Origin: Squalus acanthias
Taxonomy: Eukaryota
Direction of reading: 5' to 3'
Assembly (NCBI GenBank): GCA_030390025.1
Contig: CM059432.1
Coordinates: forward strand, 25,670,001-25,734,000
Length of the DNA: 64,000 nucleotides
This document shows positions 12,660-24,665 of the stretch, one piece after another (position 1 is the first letter of the stretch; each line of letters starts with the position of its first letter). A program made the position numbers and the translations under genes. The notes under the pieces were generated by a model. That model did no database searches. It was not told where the DNA came from and was given only the letters and a program-made list of their open reading frames with translations.

Positions 12660-13415
12660 GGGGGAAAAATTAGGTTTAGTGCCCGGCGCTAATTATCGCC
12701 TCCGACTGCAAAATTCGTCTCTATTGCCTCTGGAGGTGATTTGAGCGCTAAATCAGGCACTACACTTAAGGCGCAAACGTCAGGGAGTGAGGCGCTACCT
12801 CAGAACGCTACCAAAGCTCAGGCGATGCCAATTACCATGGAAGCCAGACACACTGGCGCTGTCTAGTTCTTAAAGGGGAGGGACCATCTTGCTGGCCAGC
12901 CACTCTCTGCTCATTGCAGCCTTGAATCTCAGCCTGGAGAGATCTCAAAAGCAATTGTGTTGGAAGCACTAATGGATAGGCCCAGAGAAAAAGCTTGGCG
13001 CTTAGAATCCTTAAAAGTGGTGCTGAGGGCCAAAACGCCTTAGGACAGCGTTAAAACCAAAATGTTTGCTGACAAGAAAAGGCAGGAAGCGCCCGCCTTT
13101 AAATAGCCCTCCTCCCGCCCCTTCCTGACTTGAAAACGTTCCCCTCTACCTGTCGTTCCTAGCGGCAGGCGCTAAGGCTGGGGGCGCGACTCAATGTCCA
13201 GTCCGGGGCGCTACCGGGGCGTTACATGCTCGGCTGACGTCACGATCTGCGGGCGCAGGAGATCATGGCGGTAGTGTTTAGTGCTGCTGCAAAACAACTG
13301 GTCAATTTCGCGAACGGCGCTAAAATTGCCGCGGTCGGGCGCTAAGTTGCTAGCGCCCCGTTAGCGCCCCCTGGAGGCGCTAACGGGAGGCGCTAACCAA
13401 ACGAATTTTTCCTCC
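12660..13415. mobile_element. Harbinger MITE (756 bp) inserted in CR1
   Basis: TIRs gggggaaaaatt / aatttttcctcc, TSD TCA. The empty site gagacactcaatgttttc is visible in the sister CR1 at about 35708-35725. Subterminal blocks are shared with 50135-54127. Confidence 0.9.
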
Positions 13416-13781
13416 TCAATGTTTTCAAGGGGAGACTGGATAGGCACTTGAGGGAATTAAACTTGCAGGGCTACGGGAATAGAGCGGGGGAATGGGACTG
13501 ACTGGATTGCTCTACAGAGAGCCTGGCGCGGACTCGATGGGCCAAATGGCCTCTTTCTGTGCAGTTATGACTCTGTGTAATGACTCTAAGTAGTTGTTGT
13601 TGGTGGTGCATTTGGCCACAAGATGTTGTGAACCCGGGTTGGCCTGATTTCCTCATTTATTGCCTACAGAAGGAACACCAGGAACCATTTGGTGTCAAAC
13701 CAGTCACCATTTAGAGGCAAAGAACAACAGAAAATGCTGGAAAAACTCAGCAGGCCAGGCAACATCCGTGGAGAGAGAAAC

Positions 13782-13821
13782 AGAGTTAACGTTTCAGGTC
13801 GAAACCCTTCGTCAGAACTCT
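13782..13821 (-). ncRNA. Minimal type I hammerhead ribozyme motif (mirror copy)
   Basis: Minus strand reads agagtt-CTGACGA-agggtttcgacct-GAAA-cgTT-aactct, with a 6-bp stem I. Confidence 0.65.
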
Positions 13822-13827
13822 TTTCTC

Positions 13828-13863
13828 AGTTCTGACGAAGGGTTTCGACCTGAAACGTTAACT
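13828..13863 (+). ncRNA. Minimal type I hammerhead ribozyme motif
   Basis: agtt-CTGACGA-agg(g)t-ttcg-acct-GAAA-cg-TT-aact: conserved core boxes, stem I agtt/aact, stem II with UUCG loop, palindromic AACGTT in place of stem III. Confidence 0.65.
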
Positions 13864-14018
13864 CTGTTTCTCTCTCCACGGATGTTGCCTGGCCTGCTGA
13901 GTTTTTCCAGCGTTTTCTGTTGTTATTTCGGATTTCCAGCATCTGCAATATTTTGCTACCATTTAGAGGCATCTTGCCCTCCACCACCCAGGCAAAGCTC
14001 AGTAGAAAAGATGATATT

Positions 14019-17000
14019 TGTAACATACTTGGGTAGAACAAATGAAGGACAGAGGAATGATGAGTTGCTGGTCCATGTGTTTGCTTTATTAGGCCAGAGC
14101 AAACTGAGTTTGCTCATACCAAATCATGTGATAATGCAATACACTGCTTTCACCCTGGAAAAAAAATATATGTATTTCCCTCTCAAATACAATAAAACTA
14201 TGGTCCCACCTTTCCCAGCATTACATGTACCACATAACAAAAGCTCTTGGCTTTTTTTCTTTTAAATGAACTACAAATCCAGTTTAATAACAGGTTTGCG
14301 AAGCCTTCCTGATCTCCTTACAGAAGATTTTGGTGTTGAACCAATTTTCAGACTGTTTTGTTTTGGTTCCGAACTCAAAGTTGATCCTGTTTCTATCTCA
14401 GACTTGTTTGAACCTGATACTTCAGTGACTGAAGTCTGAACTGAGTCAAACTCATGTATGTGTTCATGATCAAGTGGTTCAAGATCATGTCTTGGTTCAT
14501 CTGTAGCGGAGAACATTTGATCTACATGAACACTTCGGATTTTGTCACCAATTTCAACCAAATATCTCTTGGTTCCACCAACCTCTACCATGGTTCCTAC
14601 ATCCTACTTGTGTGAACTCGACTTGCCAGGTGGACTGAGAACACAAACACACTCGTTTTGTTTGAAACTGTGTTCTTTCTGATTGGTGTCATAATAACGT
14701 TTCTGACTCAACTGTTTCTCAATCTCCTCTTCATCAAGAGTTCAGCTGGGGTATGTCCAGCTGTAGTGTGTGGAGTAGTTCTGTACTTCAGCAAGAAATC
14801 TGCCAAACGTTGTTTCATGCTGAGTCCCAAACAACCCTGCAACACTTGCTTTTTGAGAGCTTCTTTCACTATTCTGACTGACCTTTCGGCTGCTCCGTTT
14901 GAAGCTGGATGATATGGTGGAACGAGAGTGTGGTTGATACCATTCCGTTTCATGAATTCTTGGAATAGAACAGAACGAAACTGAGGGCCATTGTCAGAAA
15001 CAAGCTCTTCAGGACATGCAAAGATAGACCTCAACTCATCAATGGTATGTTCAGTTGTAGTATTTGAACCCATGTGTTTCACTTCAATCCACTTTGAGTG
15101 ACTATCTACTAGTACCAGGAAATAATCATTTGCTTTCTCACAGAAGTCTACATGTACTCTCTGAAAAGGTCTACTTGGCCATGACCAGGGTTGTAGTGGA
15201 GTTTTGGGTGGTTTGTTTCTATAATTTTGGCAAACGCTGCATTTGTTGACAAGTGATTCAAGATCACTGTCCAATCCAGGCCAGTAAACAAAGCTTCTTG
15301 CAATTAATTTCATACTGACTATCCCTGGATGTTCAGTATGAAGTACGGCCAGAATTATCTCTCAAAGAAGTAGGTACTACCATTCTGTTTCCCAACTTGA
15401 TAGAACCTTGCTCACACGACAATTCAGTATGACAGTTATGGAATGGTTTCAATTCTGTGTCCATACACTGATCAGTCTATCCAATCAAGGTGTTTTCATA
15501 CAATCTTTTCAGTACTGAGTCCTTTTGAGTTTCATCTGCAATCTCAGCTGCATTCACAGGAAAGTCTTTGTCAACTGCACCTAGCGTGAAAATCGCATTT
15601 CACTCCCAACACACGAGTCCTCCTGTGGCAACCTGGATAAGGCATTGTGGTTGCGTTTTGCTTTGAAGTGCAATATTCTATCGTGTAGTGTATATTGTGA
15701 CAACAACACTACCCAACGTTGCATTCTTGATGCGGCCATTGCAGGGATGGCAGATTTGGGCCCCAATATTGCTAGGAGCGGTTTGTGATCGGTTATCAGG
15801 GTAAACTTTCTGACGCTCAGGAACTGTTGGAATTTCTTGATTCCAAACACCATGGCGAGTGCTTCCTTTTCAATTTGCACGTAGTTTATTTTGCTCTTTG
15901 TGAGGGTTCGCGATGCAAACGTGATTGGTTTCTCTTGGCCGTCATCCCACACCGTAGCTGGAAGCATCACACGCTAACTTAAGCTCACGCTCTGTGTCAT
16001 AGTGCACAAGTAGAGCATCGCTAGAGAGACTTCTCTTACAAATGTCATAAGCTTCCTGTTGCACTTTCATCCACTTCCACTGGACATCCTTCTTGAGGAG
16101 CTCGTGCAATGGAGCTAACATGGTTGCTAACTCAGGTAAGAAATGTGCGTAGTACTGGATCATTCAAAGGAAAGATCTTAACTCAGAAACGTTCTGTGGC
16201 TTTGGAGCATTGATGACAGCATCAACTTTCAGTCCAAGGTACACAACCTCGGGCTGCACAAAAGCACATTTGCTCCTTTTCAATTTGACACTGTGGGGCT
16301 TTCAACCTTTGAAGCATTATATCTAATACTTCTAGATTTTCTTCCTCGCTGCTTATTATGATCAGCACATCGTCTTGATTGCATAAGCAATTTAGAACTC
16401 CTTGCAAAATGTTATCCATCATAGCCTGGAAGATTTTGGGGGAGGACTTTACACCATATGCAGCTTGATGTATGAGTACAGTCCCTTGTGTGTGTTGCTG
16501 GTGAGATACTATTGACCTCTTTGTCAACATTCATCTGAGCGTAAACATGCGACAGGTCAAGCTTGGAGAAAACCTTTCACCTAGAGAGTGCTGCAGACAA
16601 ATCTTGGGATGTAAGTAACGGGTACTGCTCATCGTCAACTGTTTGGTTGATAGTAACTTTGTAGTTAAAGCACAAGCGTACAGTTTTGTCTGCTTTGGGC
16701 ACTACCACAATCGGGGCAGCCCATTCACTTTTGTCAGTTTTTACGAGCACTCCGGTCTCTCTTAGCTTCGCTAGCTCTTCCTCCACCTGACTTTTCGACG
16801 CAGAGGGGATGGCCTTGCCTTACAATAGACAGGCTTTGCATTGGACTTGATGTGGATATGCACATCATACCCAGTGATGCCCTCATAACTGTCTGTGAAC
16901 ATGCTTTCGTACTTGTTCAGCATTGTGTCGAGTCGCTTCTTTGAAGCATCTACACTGAAGATGTTTTTCCAGTCTAGTTTTAACTTTCTCAACCAGTCTT

Positions 17001-20000
17001 AGTCTATGAGAGTTGGCCTGTTGTTGTAGCTCGCTACAATAATAGGCAGCTTTACTGACTGGCCATTCTGTTGAACTGTACATTTCATTTGTCCACATGT
17101 CTCTAGGATTTCTCCGCAGTAGGTTTTTAACTCTACGGTACTCTTTGTAAGTGGTACTTGATTAAACTTACTCTCATATGTGTCCTTACTCATGATAGAG
17201 CAGTCCATCACCGTGTCGACGCACATAACAATATATTGCTTTTTATAGAATCATAGAATGCTAACAGCACGGAAGAAGGCCATTCGGCCCATCAAGCCCG
17301 TGCCGGCTCTCTGCAAGAGCACGACAGCTAGTCTTACTCCCCCGTCCTTTCCCCATAGCCCTACAAATGTCTTTCCTTCAGATACTTATCCAACTCCCTT
17401 TTGAAATCCACGATTGAATCTGCCTCCACCACCCTTTCAGGCAGTGCATTCCAGATCTTAACCACTCGTTGCGTAAAAAAGTTTTTTCTTATGTCGCCTT
17501 TGGTTCTTTTGCCAATCACCTTAAATCTGTGCCCTCTGGTTCTCGACCCTTCTGCCAATGGGAACAGTTTCCCTCTATCTACTCTGTCCAGACCCCTCAT
17601 GATTTTGAACACCTCTATCAAAGCTCCTCTCAATCTTCTCTGCTCCAAGGAGAACAACCCCAGCTTCTCCAGTCTATCAACGTAACTGAAGTCCCTCATT
17701 CCTGGAATCATTCTCGTAAATCTTTTCTGTACCCTCTCTATTTATGAAGTCCAGGATCCTGTTAGCCTTTTTAACTGCTTTCTCAATCTGCCCTGCCACC
17801 TTCAACGATTTGTGCACACATACCCCCAGGTCTCTCTGTTCGTGCACCCCCTTCAGGATTGTACCATTTAGTTTATATGCCCTCTCCTCATTTTTTCTAC
17901 CAAAATGTATCACTTCACACTTTTCTGCGTTAAATTTAATCTGCCACGTGTCCGCCCATTTCACCAGCCTGTCTATGTCTTCCTGAAGTCTATCATTATC
18001 CTCCTCACTGTTCACTATACTTCCAAGTTTTGTGTTATCTGCAAATTTTGAAATTATGCCCTGTACACCCACATCCAAGTCATTAATATATATCAAGCAA
18101 AGCAGTGGTCCTAGAACCAACCCCATGGAAACACTACTGTATACCTTCCTCCAGTCCGAAAAACAACCGTTCACCACTACTCTCTGTTTCCTATTACTTA
18201 GCCAATTCCTATCCATGCTGCCACTGTCCTTTTTATTCCATGGGCTTAAACTTTGCTGGCAAGCCTATTATGTGGCACTTTGTCGAAAGCCTTTTGGAAG
18301 TCCATGTACACTACGTCAACTGCATTATCCTCATCAACCCTCTCTGTCACCTCATCAAAGAACTCGATCAAGTTAGTTAAACACGATTTATCTTTAACAA
18401 ATCTGTGCTGGCTTTTCTTAATTAATCCACACTTTATCAAGTGACTGTTAATTTTGTCCCTGATTATCGTTTCTAAAAGCATCCCCACTACCGAGGTCAA
18501 ACTGACTGGCCTGTAGTTTCTGGGTTTATCTTTACACCCTTTTTTGAACAATGGTATAACATTTGCAATTCTCCAGTCCTCTGGCACCACCTCCGTATCT
18601 AAGGAGGATTGGAATATTATGGCCAGTACCTCCGCGATTTCTTCCCTTAATTCCCTCAACATCCAAGGATGCATCCCATCTGCTCCTCGTGACTTAACTA
18701 CTTTAAGTGCAGTCAGCCTTTCTAATTCCTCCTCTTAATCAATTTTTATCCTATCAAGTATCTCCACTACCTCCTCCTTTACTATGTCTATGGCAGCATC
18801 CTCTTTCTTGGTGAAGACAGAGTACTCATTTAGTACCTCAACCATACCCTCTGCCTCCATGCATAGGTCTCCTTTTTGGTCCCTAATTGGCCCCACCCCA
18901 CCTCTTATTACCCATTTACTATTTATATGCCTACAGAAGACTTTTGAGGTAGGTGGGACCTGTACAGGCTGAACAGGTTGCACCTCAACAGCGCCGGAAC
19001 CAATATCCTCGTGGGGAGGTTTGCTAGTGCTGTTGGGGAGGGTTTAAACTAATTTGGCAGCTGGTGACACTTCCTGCACACGGCACAGGATGTGCATTCC
19101 ACGGGACTGAGCTGCCATGCCATGCCTTTACTTAATAGACTATTAATTAGAAACACTTATCAACTACTCACCAATCAGCTCCTTCCCTGGTTGTGACGTG
19201 ACTTTAGCTGCTTTGCAGTTGTTGCTTTTGTTGTTGTTTTCACTGGAGGCACTCCGCCTCCTTGCTGCCGTCACTGCTCCGGTCCACGCTCTCTCTGGGC
19301 CTCCCGCTCGATTTATACTCCACCTCCTGCTCTCCTGTTACGTCACTCCTTGTTTTTTGCTTTTTTGTTGATCAAAAGTTTTGTACGGAAGTCTTTCTCA
19401 CAACTGCTAGCATTGCTGCTAGTGGCATAGGTACCGTAGATGTCTAGTTCTTCAACACCAGGTGTGTTCACTTCAATATTGTGATCTCCTCCCTTTTGTT
19501 GTCGCTGCTTTGCATTGCCATTAGAATGGTTCTTACTTCCTGCTTTAGTTCTAGCTCTGTAAGCTGTTGAAATATGGCTTTCCTTCTGGCAGTGAAAACA
19601 TTTCACATTTCTGTATTGGCAGGACTGTGGTGAGTGATATTCATTGCAGCGATAACAATTCACTGACTGCTCTCACCGACATGCTTTTGACTTGGTCTCA
19701 CAGCTTTAGGTTTGGCGGTGGCTTTGTGACTACAGACCTCAGCTGCACTAGTCACTTGAGTTGGATGGAGCTCCCTAGCATTCTTAGACGCTATCTCCAT
19801 AGATAGGGCAATCATGCATGCTATGTCAAACGTTAGTTTCGGAGTGTTCAGTAACTTGGACTGTGTGCGCTCATTCACCAGTCCACAAACAAATTATCTC
19901 GCAACACACGATCCAAAAATGTGCCGAAGTTACAATGCAAAGACAGGTTCTTAAGAGCTACAATGTACTCACTGATGGTTTCACTTTGTTTTTGGTTTCT

Positions 20001-20575
20001 GGTACCAAACTTATAGTTCTCTGCTATTTCTAATGGCTTTGGGTCGAAATAGTCCTCGGGTTTCTCGACAACATCTTCAAATGACGCATCCTTCGCTTTC
20101 CCTGGCGCGAGAAGGTTTGTCAACGTTCCGTAGACAGCTGGCCCAATCTCCATTAGAAAAATTGCTTTTTTCCGTTCACGATTTACTTTATTTTGAGCTT
20201 GAACATTCTCATCTACACCTTCGGTCTCAATAATGTTAAAAATCATCTCCATCCGCTCAATGTAAGAACTGAATGATTCATGAGCTCGGTCATACATGCC
20301 AAGGCTTCCGTTGAATCACGTAGGTGCGGCCATGATTGTCCCGATCCCATCAAACAGTGACTCAGCATGCTACCTGTGCACATGTGAGAATCAACGCCGC
20401 TGTTGCTGTGTATACATACTCACAGAGGCGAAGCACAGATGATTCTGCAGGAGCATTAATGGTGAAACATCGCCAAAATTCAGTTTAGGTGTCACAAATT
20501 CACCTTAAACTTGTTCACTCGAAAGTTGAACACTGTGTCCTTCCATGATCCCTAAAAATGGCTTTTGGATCCCAT
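14019..20575 (-). mobile_element. Decayed Ty3/Gypsy LTR retrotransposon (gag-PR-RT-RNaseH-IN), 3' LTR 14019-14143, 5' LTR missing
   Basis: Gag 19875-20297 plus zinc knuckles CYRC..H..C and CFHCQKESH; protease VDT (about 17215); RT EWAAPIVVVPK and NQDDVLI; RNaseH LACDASSYGVG, IEKEALA, TDHKPL; integrase HVDF, LVSDNGPQF, SNGAAERSV; purine-rich tract next to the LTR. Confidence 0.93.
17245..19356 (-). mobile_element. CR1 LINE with both ends, large internal deletions and a small inverted ORF1 piece, inserted in Gypsy pol
   Basis: RT ORFs 17361-18983; ORF1 N-terminus MAWQLSPVECTSC..CRKCHQ (about 19060-19125); TSD ttgcttttt (17236-17244 and 19357-19365) restores the Gypsy frame LLINKK|QYIV. Confidence 0.88.
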
Positions 20576-20581
20576 CAGGAA

Positions 20582-20825
20582 TGGTAGCATAGTGGTTATA
20601 TTACTGGGCTAGTAATCCTAGTAGGACTGGGTAGATCGCAGAAATGTGAGGTCAAATCCCACCACAAGTAGCTGGGGAATTTATAATTCAGTTAAATAAA
20701 TAAGTCTTGAATAAAAAGCTTGTAATCAGTAATGGTGACTATGAAACTATAGGGTTGTAAAAAAACCATCTAGTTTACTAAAGTCCTTTTGGAAAGGAAA
20801 TCTGCCATCCTTACCTGGTCAGCAA
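20582..20825 (+). mobile_element. tRNA-derived SINE
   Basis: A-box-like tggtagcatagtggtt, B-box-like ggtcaaatccc, body agtaatggtgactatgaaact...ggaaggaaatctgccatccttacctggtc-like. Confidence 0.7.
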
Positions 20826-21089
20826 TGAGTCTTGACCCCTCAGCAATCACTTTGAGGCTGGCCAATTTTCTATGTCAGGACTCAAATAAAAATGATTGCA
20901 AATAATTTACTCACTTACCTTTTCAATTCACGATCGCGATCGCGTTGCAGTTTTGAGTCTGACACAAATGGCAATGATGTATTAGAGAACGCCGTCATAA
21001 CTGTGCTGTGCCAAATCTGGTCTTCGGTCCTACCCCCACCCCCTCCAATATCCTTTGCTTTAGTTCCACTCCTGGATGAGCTGCAATGA

Positions 21090-21560
21090 CTGGATGGTGG
21101 AGGATGGGAGGCCAGCAGGGCAGCATTTAAAAATTCAAGTCTGAAGATGACAAAGGTAAGGATGACAGTTTCAGCAGCTGATGGGTGAGGTAGGGGTTGA
21201 TATGTAGGTAACGCTACAAAGCCAGACGCTCAGCTTGGGGTCAAATAGGACTCCAAAGTTGTAAGCCATCTGGATCAGCCTGACACAGTGGCCAGGAGGG
21301 TGGTGAAATCGGTAGTGAGGGTGCAGAGTTTGTGACGGGGGCTGAAGGAAAAATGCTTTGACCTTTGCACCGTTTAACTGAAGGAAATTACAGCACATCC
21401 AAGACTGGATGTTGGGTAACTAGTATAACAGCACAGAGACAGTGAAGTTGAGAGAGCTGGTGGAGAAATAGAGCTGTGTGTCTTCAGCATACATGTGGAA
21501 ACTGACCCGATTGTGGAGAATGAAATTTCCATATAACTGAAGGCTATTTGGTCAACATGG
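21090..21560 (-). mobile_element. L2 LINE ORF2 fragment, old
   Basis: The minus strand resembles the L2 motifs LQLN..K, NFGVLFDPKLS and AETVILTFVIFRLEF(L)NA, which also occur at 55.8-56.9 kb. Confidence 0.7.
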
Positions 21561-22264
21561 CGTAAACCTATAGACGCTGACAAGTGACTGTTACAAAATT
21601 AGTTTATTCTGGTTCTTGCACATTACGGTCTACAGTACTGTTAAGAAGGAGGTTGTGTGGGGAGGTTTAATTTCTTTAGACACTTCCAAGTTTTATCTTT
21701 TATTTCTTTTGTAAAAGAGGGATGTGCCCTAGAGCCTAACATTTTTCTACATGGCACATAATGAAGACCATCAAGCATTTCTGTGCCAAGTATGGCACAA
21801 GTATTATCTGTTGCAAGAGTTGCCCTACATTCTGTCAGCAATGTACCATCAACTCAGATTTATAGCAGCTCTGACTATACCACTCTGGCATTTCTGTCTC
21901 CCATACACACTTGTCCGTTTGGCCTCTCTGAGTGAGGTTGCCAAATTAATGCCAATCAGTGTCAAATTTCAGAATGTGTTTATACCATGTCCACTGAACT
22001 AGATTGAGACTGTCAAAACCTATTTTACTTTAGAATTTGCAATGCTTATCAGAGAGGAGACTTTTATCACAACTAGGCTAGATTTGAACCTAGGTCCAGC
22101 TGAAGGACAGAGTGCAGTCAGTTACTTGTTAAATACGAAGTATGCTCTGTCTCCTCTGGGTTTTGAACTGCCCTTTATATTGTAGCCTCCGACAGAACAG
22201 TTGTGGTAAGTTTATGTACCACTGTGGAACTGAATCATATCCAGACTTGAAAGTTTAAATTTGT

Positions 22265-22450
22265 AATTGGGATCAAGTTAGCTGACGTCAGCTGGGGAAG
22301 CTTTAGATATGCTCTAATTAGCCTTGGCAGCCATGGACAATGGAAGGTAAAAATCAGCCATAGCTCATCTTCATCCAGTGACCCATGCTGGAAAATGTCA
22401 TTGGGTGCTGTGATATCCCACCCCCATGGTCAAATAGTTTGCTGCTAAGT
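22265..22450 (+). mobile_element. LF-SINE-like fragment
   Basis: agttagctga..tcagc...aaaaatcagcca...atccagtgaccc.tgctggaaa...gctgtgat...ccatggtcaaatag matches the recalled LF-SINE body. Confidence 0.6.
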
Positions 22451-22507
22451 GAGTGCAAGAAGGCAATTTGGCTGTGGTTAAGCCCAATCCAATCCTCAAG
22501 CAATGTC

Positions 22508-22646
22508 ATTTTGACTTTGTGCGATACTGTAAAATGGGTGATAGCGACTCGGCAGCCCATCTTATTAAAATCAGGTGAGATGTAAAATGGGCTGCCAATT
22601 CGCTATCGCCCATTTTATACTACTGCACAAAGTCAAAATTATCCCC
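22508..22646. mobile_element. Palindromic MITE
   Basis: attttgactttgtgc.atactgtaaaatgggtgatagcga...tcgctatcgcccattttata.ta.tgcacaaagtcaaaat; a one-armed relative lies at 46428-46500. Confidence 0.7.
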
Positions 22647-23196
22647 AACATCTCCACATGCTCACTTTCTAACAGGGGAGGGTGACCGGGGGAGCGGTGG
22701 GGGGGGTCACTGGATAAAAATAAGTTCTGCAAATTCAAGCTGATATTTAGTTTACCTAACTCGGTGGTACCAAGACCAATTGTAACCCTACCAGATTCCC
22801 AACTGAAATGAGCTAAGTCAGCATAAACCTGATAGAGAACATGGGACATTTTTGAACTGTGCGGCTCAGTTACTCACAAGATATTATTGAATGGTGGAGC
22901 TGGCGTGAGGGGCCGAATGGCCTATTCCTGCTCCTATTTGTTATGTTCTTATGTTCTTATAAAACCTTTATCTGCCATTGAGCCATTGAGAGAACTTCAT
23001 AGTAATACATTTTTTTTTAAAAGAAACAAGATTCAGACATTGATATAGGTAGGTTCATGTCTGGTCTAGCTCCCATAGATAAGTAGGTAGACAGATAGCA
23101 TAGATAATATATGCAGATAACAGATAGATAGTCATAGATAGATGGACAGATAACATGGATAGCTAGAAGGGCATCATAAATAGATAACCTAGACAG

Positions 23197-23984
23197 TGTA
23201 AGATTCTAAAAATTGTAATAAAACCGCTGCTACCGTGTGGAAATCGAAGTTCAGAATGAATTGTGAAATGGTTACAGACGGATTCAAAATGCAGGAAATC
23301 AGCATGTGCTCTTTGTTTGTGAAGACACAAAATGGCGGAAGTCAGCAGGGGGTCCTTTGCCTGGTGATCAGCATGGTCCTTTGTTTAAAAGGCCACATGG
23401 ACAGGAAGAAGCACGGCTGACAAGGATGTCCTGCCCCCCACACATCTCACAGGAACATGAATGTGTCATGCGGAAGGAACTCCAATCAGGGAAGGTTTGG
23501 AGTGAAACTGACCTATCAGATAGAGGCAGACAGTGATATACGAGGGAGGCCGGCAGAAAGGCGCTATAAAGTGTGACCCAGGGGCGGGAAATTCAGAACA
23601 CAGAAGGGACAAAGAAGACAGAACGGAAGAACAGACGAACAGAGAAAGCTGGCCAGTCTATGTTTCGTCTTACAACTCTCCCTGGACCGATCACCCAGAG
23701 ATAAAGGAGTATGTATGAAAGTCAGACATAGAGCTTAGATATTGTTAAAAGGGTACTTTTATATACGGTTGACTTGGAATATAAATCGCCCAGAGGTAGC
23801 GTGTAAGTTGCGGGGAAGTATTTTTATGTATGGGTAAATTGGGCGCATATTGATTGCGACGTACACTTGAATTTTGAACAGTAGTGTGAATAAAGACCAA
23901 TTTTATTGATCACATACTTGTCTGTCATTGTTACACTTATTCGTAATTCTCGAAGTCCGAGCAGTAGTAAGAGAAAGGTTTACA
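23197..23984 (+). mobile_element. Solo LTR (788 bp) in a degenerate (GATA/GACA)n tract
   Basis: TGTAA...TTACA termini, flanks acag/atag, TATA-like ctataaag at about 23564, aataaa at about 23889. Confidence 0.75.
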
Positions 23985-24059
23985 ATAGATAAACAGACAG
24001 GCTAGAGTATAAGGATAGTAAATAGTTAGGCAAATGTACTTGTTAGACAGTTATAGGAA

Positions 24060-24665
24060 ATCATAGAAGGATAGAATCTTACAGCACAGAAGGAGGTCAC
24101 TCAGCCCATCGTGCCTGTGCCAGCTCTTTGAAAGAGCTTTCCAATTAGTCCCACTCCCCTGCTCTTTCCCCATAGCCTTTAAAATGTTTTGTTTTCAAGT
24201 CTGTATCCAATTCCCTTTTGAAAGTTGCTATTTATTGCATCTGGTTCCACCACTCTTTCAGCTAGTGCAGTCCAAATCATGACAATTTGGTGCTTAAAAA
24301 AAAATGTCTGATCTCCCCTCTGGTTCTTTTGTCCATCATCTTAAATCTGTTACATCTGGTTACAGACCATCATGCCAGTGGAAACAGCTTCTTCTTACTT
24401 ACTCTATCAAAACCCTTCATAATTTTGAACACCTCTATTAAATCTGCCCTTAACCTTACCTGCTCTAAGGAGAACAATCCCAGCTGCTGTAGTCTCTCCA
24501 CATAACTGAAGTCCCTCATCCTTGGCATCATTCTGGTTAATCTCTTCTGCACCCTCTCCAAGGCCTTGACATCGTCCTAGAGTATGGTGCCCACAATTGG
24601 ACATAATACTCCAGCTGTGGCCTAACCATTGTTTTATAAATATTTAGCATAACTTCATTGCTTTA
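24060..24665 (-). mobile_element. CR1 3' fragment
   Basis: ERVQKRLTRMMPRMRDFSYVERLQQLGLFSLEQ and a (catagaa) tail. Confidence 0.9.

Larger units (their letters stand above)
8391..13575 (+). mobile_element. CR1 LINE subfamily A: ORF2 (APE endonuclease + RT) through 3' tail, with two nested insertions
   Basis: CMYVNAQSVVNK, GGGVVVLIKE, LGLFYRPP, ILGDFNY, HLGTSDH (endonuclease); KSPGPDGLHPRLL, VYMDFRKAFDKV, LVRPQLEYCVQFWSP (RT); tail gactcgatgggccaaatggcct. Many frameshifts. Confidence 0.95.
13720..13957. mobile_element. Palindromic Penelope-like terminal-repeat insertion
   Basis: 97-bp arms (13723-13819 and 13828-13924, one mismatch), 8-nt spacer, 14-bp direct repeat accatttagaggca at 13706-13719 and 13958-13971. 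Confidence 0.8.

Noticed and set aside
13660..14265. 201-aa ORF and its antisense partner (13826-14041) with a repeated peptide
   Set aside because: Artefact of the palindromic insert, which gives the same peptide on both strands; it also runs through an LTR.
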